A DNA stretch of 64,000 nucleotides from Octopus sinensis (GCF_006345805.1 NC_043002.1:56172001-56236000), one strand, 5' to 3'; positions 1 to 14,177 are shown, counted from the first letter of the stretch. Numbers and translations are program-made. The notes: a model not told the origin generated them from the sequence alone.

Positions 1-611
1 TTAGTAAAGTGAACGCATATTTGCAAGCCAATTGAATTTCTGCCAACACTGACTTCAAGTATGTAATTGCAGCCAATGACTCAGGCTCCTTTTATTGAGC
101 CTGGTCGCAGTTCATTTATTTTTGTTCAGCATCTGGCGGTGGTCTTAGAGGTGCCCTGTCTCAAAAATATCATTCGTCACAGACGTTCTCTTGACATCGT
201 TCACATGTGTCTGACTTGGGCTCAGAAGTTACAGCCCAAGTTGTTATCTATAATCGTAAAAATTAAAAGTAATTCAAATTCAATGTTTTCTTGAAACAAT
301 AAATTTCTATAGAGATTAGGATTTAAATTCCAATCTATGAAAAGTTTCCATTCTACAATATTCTTAAAAGAACAAAAAATTATATCCATCAATTGGGGCT
401 AATATGAATGACCATGGTAGGTGTAAAAGATTAACTGGCATCTCTTGTCAAGAATACAGACGACAGCCAGATCGCTGATGTTTGTTGTGTACTCTGCTGT
501 CGTTATTTGATTGCTGTTATTCTGTGCGTCTGTGTATAAAGATCAGTTGTGTTTTGCAGGGTTGCTTTATTTTTACCCTTAACTTAGAAATGGAGAAAGA
601 TATATATATAA

Positions 612-960
612 AAAATAAGCCATTTGGGACTAGAAATTTTGCTAAAAAATGTGAAATTCTTCAAGCGGACATGTGTCTTATGCGAAATCTGTGATGAGCC
701 TGAGTGACACTAATGACTTGGAGTCACCTCTGATGTGTGTCTACATATATATATATATATATATATATGTAGGTCCCGGGTTGATTCGGGGTTAACCACA
801 GTAAATAAGGTACTCAATACATAGCAGAGTAAAATAAGCCATTTGGGACTAGAAATTTTGCTAAAAAATGTGAAATTCTTCAAGCGGACATGTGTCTTAT
901 GCGAAATCTGTGATGAGCCTGAGTGACACTGATGACTTGGAGTCACCTCTGATGTGTGTC

Positions 961-994
<34 letters not shown>

Positions 995-1053
995 GGTCCC
1001 GGGTTGATTCGGGGTTAACCACAGTAAATAAGGTACTCAATACATAGCAGAGT
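612..1053. repeat. Tandem duplication, two ~220-bp units each containing (TA)n
   Basis: aaaataagccatttggg...cagagt occurs at 612-830 and 831-1053. The copies differ by about one substitution and by TA length. Confidence 0.9.
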
Positions 1054-1101
1054 AAAATTGATTTCTCTTGAATGAAACAGTTCTAGTCCTGTAGAAGCTC
1101 C

Positions 1102-1104
<3 letters not shown>

Positions 1105-1152
<48 letters not shown>

Positions 1153-1347
1153 TACATATATACATACACAACAGGCTTCTTTCAGTCAATGTCTCACAAG
1201 GTAACTGAGAGAACTTTGATTGGCTTGAATAGATGACACTTGCTCAAGGAGCCATGCATTGGGATAAAACACTGGACCATGTGGTTGGGAAGCAAACTTC
1301 TTACACACAGCCAGGGTATATATGTATATCTGTGCGTGTGTATGCAT

Positions 1348-1378
<31 letters not shown>

Positions 1379-1556
1379 TATATATACATATATTTTGTTG
1401 TTTTGGGAGGGTCGTTATGCCAATGAGAATTAAAATAAACACACTGACTGGTTCAATACCACTTCTTTATCTTAACCACTAGCAATTCAATAGTTTGTTT
1501 CATGTGTTTATTGGACAATCAATCAGTTATTAGTTTTTCTCTGGTCAAAGGAGCGC

Positions 1557-1627
<71 letters not shown>

Positions 1628-2031
1628 TACATATATACATACACAACAGGCTTCTTTCAGTCAATGTCTCACAAGGTAACTGAGAGAACTTTGATTGGCT
1701 TGAATAGATGACACTTGCTCAAGGAGCCATGCATTGGGATAAAACACTGGACCATGTGGTTGGGAAGCAAACTTCTTACACACAGCCAGGGTATATATGT
1801 ATATCTGTGCGTGTGTATGCATACACACACACACATACACCCACACACACATATATATATACATATATTTTGTTGTTTTGGGAGGGTCGTTATGCCAATG
1901 AGAATTAAAATAAACACACCGACTGGTTCAATACCACTTCTTTATCTTAACCACTAGCAATTCAATAGTTTGTTTCATGTGTTTATTGGACAATCAATCA
2001 GTTATTAGTTTTTCTCTGGTCAAAGGAGGGC

Positions 2032-2055
<24 letters not shown>
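1105..2055. repeat. Tandem duplication, two 475-bp units bounded by (TA)n, each with a partial SINE
   Basis: Near-identical ORF sets recur at a 475-bp offset (1186/1661, 1233/1708), with only a few substitutions. Confidence 0.9.
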
Positions 2056-2092
<37 letters not shown>

Positions 2093-2470
2093 CATACAGA
2101 AAGATGTGTGTGTGTGTGTGTGTGCATGTGGGTGTGTGGGTGTCATTCACACACATATTCATGCACAGAACGTACAAGGAGAGGAAAATAATTCTCAGAA
2201 GATGAATGCAGTCTTGAAGATTTGGTGTTGTAACATTTTCTTGTGAAGTATAAATGACCAGTTACCAAAGTCGGTAATTATTGGAAGGAAATGTTTTCCA
2301 CAGAGAGAAGGGGAGTAGAAGAAAATTAGCTAGAGAGAGATAAAGAAAGAAAGCAGTAAGGAAGGAGGCTGGAAAGAAATGATATAAGACAGTGGGGGTG
2401 GGGAGATAAAGAGAAAAATACAAAGGCAAGGAAAGAGAGAGACAGAAAAATACAAAAGACATTATTATTA

Positions 2471-2531
<61 letters not shown>

Positions 2532-3062
2532 CATTAACACAATAGATTTTAATGATATTTGAGAAGTTAAAAGCTTGTTTCTTCCCATCATAAGATAGGA
2601 AACAAATCAGAAAGGAGGGGTGGGTGAGGGAGGGTTGGGGTTGGTAAAAAGGTCATTTTTTTTTAAAGAATTATTAACAAAGAAATGTAGAAAAACAAAG
2701 AAGAATATAACTAAATTAAAAAGCTAAAACTTGCAAATTTAGAGAAAGAAAATATGGACAAAAAGAAATTATCATAATATTAATATTAATAATAACAATT
2801 AACGATGACGATGATGATAATGGTGATGATGATAAAAGGAGGAACAATGTCTTGAGAAACAATCAACTTTTTTTTTTTTAATGTTCTTACAGCTTCCTTG
2901 ATAGATAGAAAAAAACAGTTAAACGTTATCCCCACACTCCACCCTCCCTTCCCCATCCCTTGCTTTAAAAGGCTGAACAGGAAAGAAAGATGGAGTTGAA
3001 GGAAACGGGCTGTCTGAAAATTTCTGCTTGAGGACATATTCTTCTTCTTCTTCTTCTTCTTC

Positions 3063-3098
<36 letters not shown>

Positions 3099-5196
3099 GA
3101 ATTGTTATTATCATCATTAGAGTGGATTATAGCATAAATACCCTTGAGAAAGATCCAACATGATGATGATGATGGGAAGAGGTGACTGGTGGTGATGATG
3201 ATGATTGCACGTATCCTTATCTCTGAGTGTTAGCATGATATGTGTATGCATACGTTTGAGCATATGTGTGTGTCATCGTCATTGTCAATTAACATCAGTC
3301 TTCCATGCTGACATGGATCGGATGGTTTGTCAGGAGCTGGCAAACCAGAGAGATGCACCAGGCTCCAGTTGCCTGCTTTGATATGGTTTCTCCAGATGGA
3401 TGCCCTTCCTAACGCCAACCACTGTATCTGCATATTCATGTCTGTGTGTCTTTGCGCGCATGCATACACACATACAAAAAGCTGTTTTAAGAAATCTTCC
3501 CAACAGTACTTTCTATGAGTGTACCACTCAGGAGAAATGCATGAACAGCTATTGTGCTCATTATGAGCCTCTTTATGACCAAGTCAATCCCACAAATGGA
3601 CATCCTGCTTTGTATTTCTGTTCAGTTATTCCCCGAAATTTTGTCATAATGTGTCAGAACAACTTTACCATTTTTACAATTGCTAACAAATTTGAGCAAT
3701 TGGCTGGCATCAAATTTTATCACAAAGCTTGATAAATCTGTTACAAAGACCCTCAAAATATTTCCTCATACTTTTGTCTCCCTTTATTGTTAATCTTGTT
3801 TCGGTCACTGGACTGAGGCTATGTTGAACGGTTTAGTTGAACAAATTGACCCCGGGGCTTATTTTAAAGTCTGGTAATTATTTTGATTAACCCATTTTGC
3901 TGAACTGTTAAGTTATAATGATGTAAACAAACCCAAGTTATAATGATGTAAACAAACCCATACTGGTGGTCAAGCAGTGACAGAGAACAAACACACAAAA
4001 AAAAACATGTATGTGACTGGCTTCCACACAAGTTTTGCCTAACAAATTCTCTTACAAGGCATGGGTCGGCCCGAGGCAACAGTGGGAGGCACTTCACCAT
4101 GGTGCCATACAGTGGGACTGAACCCAAACCCATGCAGCCACAGTGGCACAAGAGTTTCAAAGCTGGTTGAGGGTGGTTCAAGATTAGGAACATTCAGAGT
4201 CACTAACATCATCATCATCATCACTCGACATCCACTTTTCCATGCTTCCATGGGTCAGATGGAATTTGTTGGGACAGATTTTCAAAGGCCAGTTGCCCTT
4301 CCGATCACCAGTCAATTTTTCATAGAAGACTAGAAATAAACAACACCATTTGTATGACGGTGGTACTTGTTTACAATCATCACATGATGTCAAAACAAAG
4401 GTAGACACATACATACACACATATATATATGCACATATACATATACACACATATTCACACATATACATACACACACATACATATACACACATATGCATAC
4501 ATACAAACACACATACATACACACATATATACATACACACACATACATACACACATTCATACACACATACATACACATATGTACAAATGCATACATACGT
4601 ATGCTCAACATGCCTTTTTCAGTTTCAGTCTACCAAATCTGTTCACAAGGCTTTGGTTAGCCCAAGGCTGTAGTAGAAGATACTTGCCTAAGGTGCTGCA
4701 TACTGGGACCATCCACTAACAAAAATCACCTGAAAATATGGTGAAAAAATTTACATATTTGTCATAATCCTATTGCTTTTGATTCATCATCATCATTTAA
4801 CATCTGTTTTCTGTGCTGGCATAGGTTGGATGGTTTGGCAGGAGCTGGCAAGGCTGGGAGAAGCACCAGGTTCCATCATCTGTTTTTGCATGGTTTCTAC
4901 AACTGGATGCCCTTCCTAACACCCAACCGCTTTACAGAGTGTACTGGGTGCTTTTTACATGGCTCCAGCACCAGTGCATCCCACCACCCATGGCACCAGC
5001 ACCAGGGCTTTTTATATAGCATCAGCACCATTGGTTTTCTGTGATACTGGCACTGGTGATTTTTATGTGGCACTAGCAGCAACAGGGTTACCAAGTAGCT
5101 TGCAAGACAAAAGCCTCTCAACTGGAAGTGGAGAGTATCATCGAGGTAGGGTCTCTTTGTGCCAGAAGACAAACTTTACAGCTACACAATTCATAC

Positions 5197-5600
5197 TCTT
5201 TTTACTTGTTTCAGTCATTTGACTGCGGCCATGCTGGAGCACCACCTTTAGTCGAGCAAATCGACCCCAGGACTTATTCTTTGTAAGCCTAGTACTTATT
5301 CTATCAGTCTCCTTTGCCAAACCACTAAATTATGGGGATGTAAACACACCAGCATCGGTTGTCAAGCAATGTTGGGGGGACAAACACATACACACAAACA
5401 TATACACACACATACACATATATATATACATATATACCACAGGCTTCTTTCAGTTTCCATCTACCAAATCCACTCACAAGGCTTTGGTCGGCCCAAGGCT
5501 ATAGTAGAAGACACTTGCCCAAGGTGCCACGCAGTGGGACTGAACCTGGAACCATGTGGTTCGTAAGCAAGCTACTTACCACACAGCCACTCCTATGCCC
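5197..5600 (-). mobile_element. tRNA-headed SINE family A (~400-450 bp, internal TA/TG microsatellite)
   Basis: Reverse complement of the element at 62596-62982. Many copies in the window share its head (gtggctgtgtggtaag...gttcagtccca) and tail (...gactgaaacaagtaaaag). Confidence 0.85.
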
Positions 5601-6499
5601 ATGTTTAGTTTCTTTTTCTATTTGACTCTTCTGGCAGAAATACCATATTTGTTTCCAGGCATTGTAAGTGAGAGACAGAGAGAGAGAGAGCTGATAGATT
5701 GTTCAATATGGCTGTAGCGATGATCATACTATTCCACCATGATGTTTCCTTCCATCTGACTGCAACTTTATTCTAACCACACACCTTACCTGTAGATCAC
5801 AGCCACTTGTCTTGTATGAACTCATAGTCATATTCTATGTTACGAATATGTCCTTTCCTCATCTCCATCTCAACATGTGTTGTCTTTTATTACTTTGAAC
5901 TTACATCACATTGGTCATGTTTCACCTTCCTTAATTTCCCCTCCAGATGGCTTCATGTCTCTGCATCTGTTCACTTCTTATACAGATGTCAAGAATCTCT
6001 AGTTTAGCTGGCTTACAACATCAGTATTCACTGCTGTCAATCTATCTCTCCATGTACGGATGTATCCGGTTTCCTGTAAGCACAAAAACTCTCTGGTTTC
6101 AAACTCAGCAGGAAACAGGATATTCACCAGGAAATCACATGTCCATCTAAGCAGGAGATATTCAGATGACTGGCCAGTCACTTTATACTCACAAATACAG
6201 ATGTATGTATGTATGTATGTATGTATGTATGTATGTATGTATGTATGTATGTATGTATGTATGTATGTATGATTTATGAACATATATATATATATATATG
6301 AACATATGTATGTATGTATATATGTATGTATGATGTATGAACATATATATATATATATATGAACATATGTATGTATGTATATATATGTATGTATGTATAT
6401 ATATGTATGTATTTATATATTTTTATTTTTATTTTATTTTTTTTTTATCTAGTTTCAGCTCACAAGCTGTGGCCATGCTGGGGCACCGCCATTTGGCGT

Positions 6500-8690
6500 T
6501 GCTACATGATTTTACTTCACGAATGCTTTTTAGCAATTGCCATTTGGTGCATGAGAGAGTTCGATGCAGCTGCCCTCATCTGCACCTCCTGCCATGAAGT
6601 TGGTTCATCTGGGACACCTGACAAGAAGAGATCCAGTTTTATTTTAAAGACAACTGCATCCACCCCGTGCAGGTCTCTTAGGTTCTTCAGGAGGATATTG
6701 AAGAGCTGTGGGCCTCGGAAGCCCAGGCTATCACAGTATCTTGTCCTACATCTTGATGGCAAATTTGGAGTCCTTGGCACTGTGCAGTGGCCCCCAGTTC
6801 TGGCATTTGTGTAACTCTCGATGCCAAAGTTTGGGACAAGTCCTTCTAGGATCTTCCAGATGTATATTATGGCATATCTTCTCGCCTACGCTCTAAGGAA
6901 TAGAGTCTCAATCTCTTGAGTCTTTCCCAATAGCTTATATGCTGCACAGAAGCTATCTTCTTCGTGTAGCTTCGTTGGATCGCCTCAAGTTCTGTGATTA
7001 ACTTGACACTGGATGGTGACCATAGCTGAGAGCAATAGTTAAAGTGGCTTAGGACAAGTATCCTCTAGAGGACCATCATGGTTTCTTGTTCTCTTGTTCT
7101 AAAGGTTCTAAGAATCCATCCGGTCAGCCGCCTACATTTCATTGCCAATTTAGCAACATGCACATGAAAGGTTGCATCATCACTCATGTAAATACCCAGG
7201 TCTCGCACTGATTGTGCCTCTGGGATTGCAATCCCTCCAGGTCCAGTGTATTTATTGGGTATTGCATTTAGTTTTGCATGCTGATAGCATAAAGCTTGAA
7301 ACTTTTCAGCATTGAACTGCATGCTATTCTTTTCAGCCCACTTGTATATTTTGTCCAGCTCACATTGCAGGTGTTTAGTGTCTTCAGGGTTCTGTACTGC
7401 CTGTGAAACTTTTGTATCATCTGCATAACTTGTGATCGTGGCTCTCTGCATGGCTGAGGGCATGTCTGAGAGGGCCATTATGAACAGTAGTGGTCCCAAA
7501 ACAGTGCCTTGCAGAACACCACTCACTATTTGCGTATTAATTGGCTACTACCACGTGGCTTCTATCCTTCAGAAAGTCATGAAGCCATTCTCCCAATTTT
7601 CCAACTATGCCAAGATCACGCAGTTTGTGACATATCATTCTATGGTCGACTTTATCAAAGGCCTTTGCAAAGTCGAGATATATGACTTCCACATTTGAGT
7701 GGTTGAGCAGTCGTTTCAGCACCCAGTCATAGTGTTGTAGGAGCTGAGTTAAGCAGCTTCTTCCTGGTCGGAAATCATGTTGGGTGTCAGGCAGCAAGTC
7801 ATTTTCTTCAAGGAAGGTGATTAGTTTCCTTCTGACTATTCGTTCCATGACCTTGCTGGTGTGTGAGGTCAGAGAGATAGGTCTGTAGTTCTTGGCCTCC
7901 GCTCTGCTACCTCCTTTATGAATAAGGCATATTTTACCTTCCTTCAGTTTTCTTGGGAGTTTACCAGTTGCAAGGAAGCTCTGAAAGAGGAACTGCAGTG
8001 GTCTTGCTAGGACTCTCTTACATACTTTTAGGAAGATTGCTGGGAATCCATCGGGTCCAGTAGCTGAGTTTGTTTTCATTTCATCAATAGCCTTTATTAC
8101 ATCGTCTTCCTTTATATTGATGTAATCAATCATCGCTGCCTCTGATTTTATATCTGCAGTGGTAAAGAAGTCAGTTGGATTACTGACTTGAAAATGCCCA
8201 AGGGGTGGAGTGAAAATACTCTTGAATTGCTCATTTAGTATTTCACTTACCCTCATTGGATTTCCTGTGAGTGTGCCATCCTTTTCAAGGAGTGGCCCTA
8301 TCCTACAGTGTATGTATGTATGTATGATTTATGAACATATATATATATATATATAGCTGTTTCTTTGGCATACCTGTAGAAAGCTCTGGGGTTAGATTTT
8401 ATGTTGTCTATAGCCCAGGCTTCTTTGTCTGCTCTTTCTTTTTCATGGGAGAGTTGCAGACATTTTTCAATTTCCAACAGTTTTATTTTCAGGTGGGAAT
8501 TTTCTCTGCTTTCAATTTGTTTGTTTGAAACTTTTGTACGCCATCTCATTAGAATTTTCCTCTCTCTGGGGATTTTGCTCTTGTGTACAGTGGCCTGCAT
8601 TACAGACATGAATTGTTGAAGTTTCATGTCGATGTCTGGCGAGGATAGACATTCAGGCCAGTTTTGATTGAGGATCTCTTTCTCACATGG
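6500..8690 (-). mobile_element. 5'-truncated, degenerate CR1/L2-group LINE (ORF2 reverse transcriptase)
   Basis: Minus-strand ORF pieces 8298-8627, 7537-8256, 7065-7526 and 6517-6780 contain NYRPISLTS, YLDFAKAFDKV, QGTVLGPLLF, YADD and RDLG. Frameshifts and a microsatellite insertion are present. Confidence 0.9.
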
Positions 8691-8806
8691 ACCCTAAGTA
8701 AGGCATGTGTAAAATTTGGGTGAAATTGGTTGTGTAGTTCTCAAGTTTTAGGGAAACACACAGACAGACAGACAGACACACATTCTCAGTTTTATATATA
8801 TAAAGA
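8690..8806 (+). mobile_element. Possible non-autonomous Helitron-like end fragment with (ACAG)n
   Basis: aaatttgggtgaaattggttgtgtagttctc...(acag)n...ttttatatatataaagat resembles the microsatellite-bearing ends of Lep1-type Helitron derivatives, as recalled. Confidence 0.3.
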
Positions 8807-8824
8807 TATATATATGTATATATA

Positions 8825-10094
8825 CACACACAGACATGCAGGAAGTAAATAGACACCTTTATTTTTCAAAATCTTTTATTTAATACACAAAGCAAACAAT
8901 TGAAATGTAATCGATAGGTAGGACTATATACTTTAGTATTTAGTTGACATTCCCTTTGCAGTTTTTAATTCAGAAACTTTTTTTGGCATTGAACTGATGA
9001 GCTTTGTGATTGTCTCTTGGGGAATTTATGCCCACATTTCACGCAACAGTCAAAACAATTCATCTTTAGATTTAGGTTTCTATCAAGTTTTTTGAATAGC
9101 TCTATCTAGTATGCTCCAAAGATTTTCAATTGGGTTCATGTCAGGAGATTGGCTCAGCCAAGGAAGCTTTTTGATCCCATTTTCAGTCACCCATTGTTGA
9201 TTCCTTTTCACTGTGTGGCATGGAGCCCCATCTTCCATGAATAAAAACTCGTTTTTTGTTATGTTATCGTGTGAATACATCAGAAGTAGTCCTTGCTTAA
9301 GTATTTCGATGTATTTTTCAGAGTTTATGGTTCCATAACATTTGATCAGTTCGGAATGATCATTGATGGTGACAGTTCCCCATGTGATACTGCCATGTTT
9401 CACAGCTGGTTTGATTTGTTTCAAATCAAATTCTTGATTGGGAAGCTCCAGACCCAAACACGTCCACTGTCTGAAAATAATGCAAATCTTGATTCATCTT
9501 AGAAAATTACTCTACCCCAAAATGAACTGGATTTTTCTGACATCTCCTTAGCCCATTTCTTTCTTTTCATGATATTAATTGGTTGAAGGAGAGGTTTTCT
9601 TCTAGCTGTTCGTCTATAATACTCAAGCTTATGGAGATATGTAACACACGTTCTTGGACTAACTTCTAGCTGTTTTGCAATGTCAGAAGCCTTCGAACGG
9701 GTTTGTTTTCCACAATTCTCTTCAATCAGTGAAGCTTCCTTTCCAAGAGCCCAGGTCGGCCTGTTCAAGAATCTGTGGATTCTTTTCCTTGGCTTTTGAA
9801 TTGCACTATAATTCTATTAAAACTAACAAGAGGAATTTGAAGATTTTCAGCAATTTTTTGTTGTCTAAGACCAGCCTCAGATTGCCCAACAATACGACCT
9901 CTTTGAAAATCTGACAGTTGTGCTGAATTTTTTGTGTGTGGCATGGATACTCTTTGCAAATGTTTAGTATAATGGCACCTGGAATAAAAAAGATTAATTA
10001 CATTGTAAATTCTACACCGCTGGAAACATTAAGATGCTTAGATCAGAAATTTTGAAAATTGAAGGTGTCTATTCACTTCCCGCATGTCTGTGTG
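8825..10094 (-). mobile_element. Tc1-family DNA transposon, full length, broken transposase
   Basis: ~45-bp TIRs (cacagacatgc[a/g]ggaagt[a/g]aatagacacctt) flanked by TA. Frameshifted minus-strand pieces include an HTH ([11 protein letters not shown]), ARRKPLL, MEDGAPCH and SPDMNPIENLW. Confidence 0.92.
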
Positions 10095-10404
10095 TATGTA
10101 TATATGTATATATATATGTCTACTTGTATGAAAGTAATAGTTGTACTTTATCAAAATCGATCTTCACATCAATGCCTCACTTCATTCACATGGAGATAAC
10201 GGATGAGATTACTTGCTACATAATGTAATATGTAATAATCAAACATATCTCCATAAATATGCCACCTGAAAACTATTACACAGTTGAGAATGTAAACACC
10301 AAGAGAATTCAGCTAATGACCTCATCAACACAGCATTTTCAAAAATTTTTTTAGCCCTAGGACTCATAAGACCACTTACCTGGTTTCCATGTTATACAAC
10401 TGTG

Positions 10405-10725
10405 AAGACATGTGGCTTACTGGTTAGGGTATTCAGCTCACAACCCTACAGTTGTGAGTTCCATTCCCAGCAACGCCTTGTATCCTTGAACAAGACCCTT
10501 TATTTCACATTGCTCCAGTCCACTCAGCTGGCAAAAATGAGTTGTACCTGTAATTCAAAGGGGCCACCTTTGTCACACTCTGTATCACGCTAAATTTCCC
10601 TAAGAAGTATGCTATTGGTATGTGTGTCTGTGGAGTACTCAGCCACTTGCACGTAAATTTCACAAACAGGCTGTTCCATCAATTGGATCAACTGGAACCC
10701 TTGTCATCGTAAGTGACAGCACCGG
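10405..10725 (+). mobile_element. tRNA-headed SINE family C
   Basis: tRNA-like head gtggcttactggttaggg...gtgagttccattccc. Body shared with 28990-29290 and 63190-63330. Confidence 0.7.
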
Positions 10726-11329
10726 TTCTTATGTCATGTGACAAATCACGACATTCCTCTTGAATGGTCATCTAAGAGACCATAAGTCAGGGAAAAGATT
10801 GACTTGTATTTCTGTCAGTAAAGTGGGTGTATTATGTAGATATATATATATGAATATATATATACACAATGGGATTCTTTCTGTTTCCATCTACCAAATC
10901 CACTAGCAATGTTTCAATTCACTTTGGACTATGGAAGACACACAGTGTGCTGTACAGTGGTACTGAACCCAAGCCCTCATGGTCAGGAAGTAAGTTTCTT
11001 ACCCATACACCCATACTTACAGTACCTATTATCTATGCATGCAGCTATTCTGGATGTTCCTGGGCCTCAATAGAATATTTCGCTTGATAGTAAGTACTTT
11101 AGCAGTGATGTCTACAAGACTGAAAACCGGGTGTGGTCTGTGGTTAACTGGGTTTCGGGTGACGGGATTAGTTTTCATTCAACTATTTGCAGACCCAATC
11201 AAAAATTATTTCCGTAAATGAAATAAGAAAATATGAAATTTTTTCCATTAAAAATACACTTCCATTAAAAATACACTATGGTATGTGTCTGGGCTGAGTG
11301 TATTTTCTGTGTGTCTGTGTGTATGTCTA

Positions 11330-11494
11330 TAGGCACAGGCATGTCTGGGTGGTAAGAAGCTTGCTTCCCAACCACATGGTTCTGGATTCAGTCCAACTGC
11401 ATGACACCTTGTTGGCCAAGTGTCTTCTGCTATAGCCTCAGGCTGATCAAAGCCTTGTTAGTGGATTTGATAGATGGAAACTGAAACAAGCTTG

Positions 11495-11555
<61 letters not shown>

Positions 11556-11921
11556 CAATTAAGATTCAAGTCAATTCTAATGAATTTACTTGAATACGGT
11601 ACTTAACTTAGATGCACCAGAAAACTATATATATGTATGTATGTGTGTGTGTGTATGTATGTATATATATGTGTGTGTGTGTGTGTATGTATATATATAT
11701 ATGTGTGTGTGTGTGTTTGTATGTGTGTGTGTTTTTGTCCCCCAAACGCAGCTTGACAACCAATGTTAGTGTGTTTACATCCTCTTAACTTAGCAGTTCA
11801 GCAAAAGAGACCGATAGAATAAGTACTAGGCTTACAAAGAATAAGTCCTGTGGTTGATTTGTTTGACTAAAGGTGGTACTCCAGCATGGCCACAGTCAAA
11901 TGACTGAAACAAGTAAAAGAC
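11330..11921 (+). mobile_element. SINE family A copy with expanded internal microsatellites
   Basis: Head and tail match family A. The centre has expanded (TA)n/(TG)n. Confidence 0.8.
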
Positions 11922-11937
11922 AAAATATATGTATGTA

Positions 11938-13183
11938 CAGGGGCTGGACAAAATAATGGAAACACCTTAAAAATTTCAAATAAATTTATTTTAATACAGG
12001 GTAAGATTGCCTTTGGCAGTAATTACAGTTTGAATTCTATGAGGTATGGACTTGTACAAAGTTTGAATTGTCTTCCAAGGAATTTTTGTCAAAACTTCAG
12101 CTAAAACAGTCTCCAGTTCTTGAAGTGATGATGGTGAAGGATATTGACTCCTTATTTGTTTTTCTAAAATGCACCATAAATGTTCAATAATTTTGAGATC
12201 TGGGGATTGTGGCGGCCAGATAAGACATTCAACTTCACTAGAATGTTCCTTGTGCCATTCAGTAACAACTTAAGTTGTGCGAATTGGTGCATTATCATCC
12301 TGAAAGATTGCGTTCCACAACAATAGGATGAATTTGATCAGATGAAAGGCTTAGTCTTGACTATTAATTCTGCCATGAAGGGGAAACCATTGGGCCGGCA
12401 GATTTCCAAGATATAGTCCCCGCCCCCAGATCATCACAGATCCTCCTCCATGTTTAACAGTTGGAAGAAGACAGTCTGGGTCAAATACTTCTTTTGGTTT
12501 TCTCCACACATATACTCAGCCAGTGGTCGGAAATAAGGTAAAGGATGACTCATCTGAGAAAATAACATTCTTCCACTGCTCTAGGGACCAATTCTGTAGG
12601 TTTTTACTCCACTCTAAATGCTTTGCAACATTTGTTTTTGAGAGTAGTGGTTTTCTGATTGCAGCCCTCCCGTGAAATCTGGCTTTGTGCAGCTCTCGGT
12701 GAACACTTTTTGTGGAAACTGGGTTCTCAAGGTGGTTATTAAGCTCTGCAGTAATTTTGGGAGCTGAATTTTTGTGATCCTTTCTAACAATTTGCATAAG
12801 AGTCCAACTGTCCCTATCTGAAAGTTTTGGTTTTCATCAGGAGTTTTGTTTCAACGAGGAGGTTTTTCCCTCTTTCTCAAAGGCTGTCATTACTTTCGAG
12901 ACAGTACTTCTTGATACACCAAACATTTCAGCTGTTTTCATTACGCTAGTGCCTGCCATACAAACACCAAGAATTTGACCTCTTTGAAAGTTCGATAGAT
13001 CTGTCATTTCAATGAATTTTAATTACCTTTTTCTGATATCTGAAAAGAAACTGCAATTTTAGCAAAACGTATTAAGCAATACTATTATAAAAAAAAAACA
13101 TTAAAATAAACAAGCTTTTGATGGTTTTATTGATATTTCAAAATTATGATGCTAGGTGCTTCCATTATTTTGTCCAACCCCTG
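11938..13183 (-). mobile_element. Tc1-family DNA transposon, full length, broken transposase
   Basis: TIRs CAGGGG[C/T]TGGACAAAATAATGGAA[A/G]CACC with TA at 11936-37 and 13184-85. The minus ORF 12516-12797 contains RKPLL and IFSDES. Confidence 0.93.
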
Positions 13184-13478
13184 TACACACACACACACAC
13201 ACACACATATACGATGGGCTTCTTTCAGTTTCTGTTTAACAAATCCACTCACAATGCTATAGTAGAAGACACTTGCCCAAGGTGCCACACAGTGGAACTG
13301 AACCCAGAACCATTTGGTTGGGAAGCAAGCTTCTTACCACACAGCCACTCTTGCACTTCCGTATATAAACACATATGCACACATATTGTATACCTCTGTA
13401 TGCTTCTACATATACTCTCACAAATTATATGTAAGCATGTGTATAATTGTATGTATGTGTTAGTAAATGCACACATTA

Positions 13479-13509
<31 letters not shown>

Positions 13510-14142
13510 AAGACAGACAGGCAGACAAACAGACAGCATGAGAGGAGTGTGTCTGTGTAAGCAATGGTGCGGAGTTCTTTTTTTATTATGTTTACCAAAA
13601 CCTTAGATCTGTACAACTGGCACTGATTGCGCTGATGCACACAGGAATCACCAAAGGAACCACCTCTGGGAATAATGGTAGAATGGGGTAGAGATGATGA
13701 GGGATGGAGTAGGCGAACCTTAACAAATGAAATCAAAACATTTAATTGGAAGGCAAAAGAAACAGTCACTGATTTGATCTAATAACAACATACACACATA
13801 CATATATATATGTGTGTGTGTGTGTGTGTATTAGATGTATGTATGAGTGTGTCTAGTATAGACATGCATATAGACACACGCACACACATACACACCACAT
13901 TATATATAATGATATATTTTTCGGTTATCATCATCATCATCATCATCTTCATAAAACGTATTTTTATTTCTCATTGAGGAGAATAAAAGAAGTTACAGTT
14001 GTGTTGGATTTCTTCAGATTTAGTTGAGGAATGGAGCAGTGTGTTATAATTTGTTTTGGAAGTAAATCAAAAAAATATTGCACCTGGCTAGGATGGAGAA
14101 AAAGAAAGAGACGACGATAAATAGGATAAAATGCATTTTATA

Positions 14143-14177
<35 letters not shown>

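Noticed and set aside
3910-3959. 25-bp exact tandem duplication (aagttataatgatgtaaacaaaccc x2)
   Set aside because: An ordinary slippage event inside a decayed SINE.
13603-13680. Exon-like segment readable on either strand; similar candidates at ~19730-19810, 27863-27900 and 30620-30760
   Set aside because: They have plausible splice signals but unrecognised peptides and no consistent phase chain, so they cannot be supported without RNA data.
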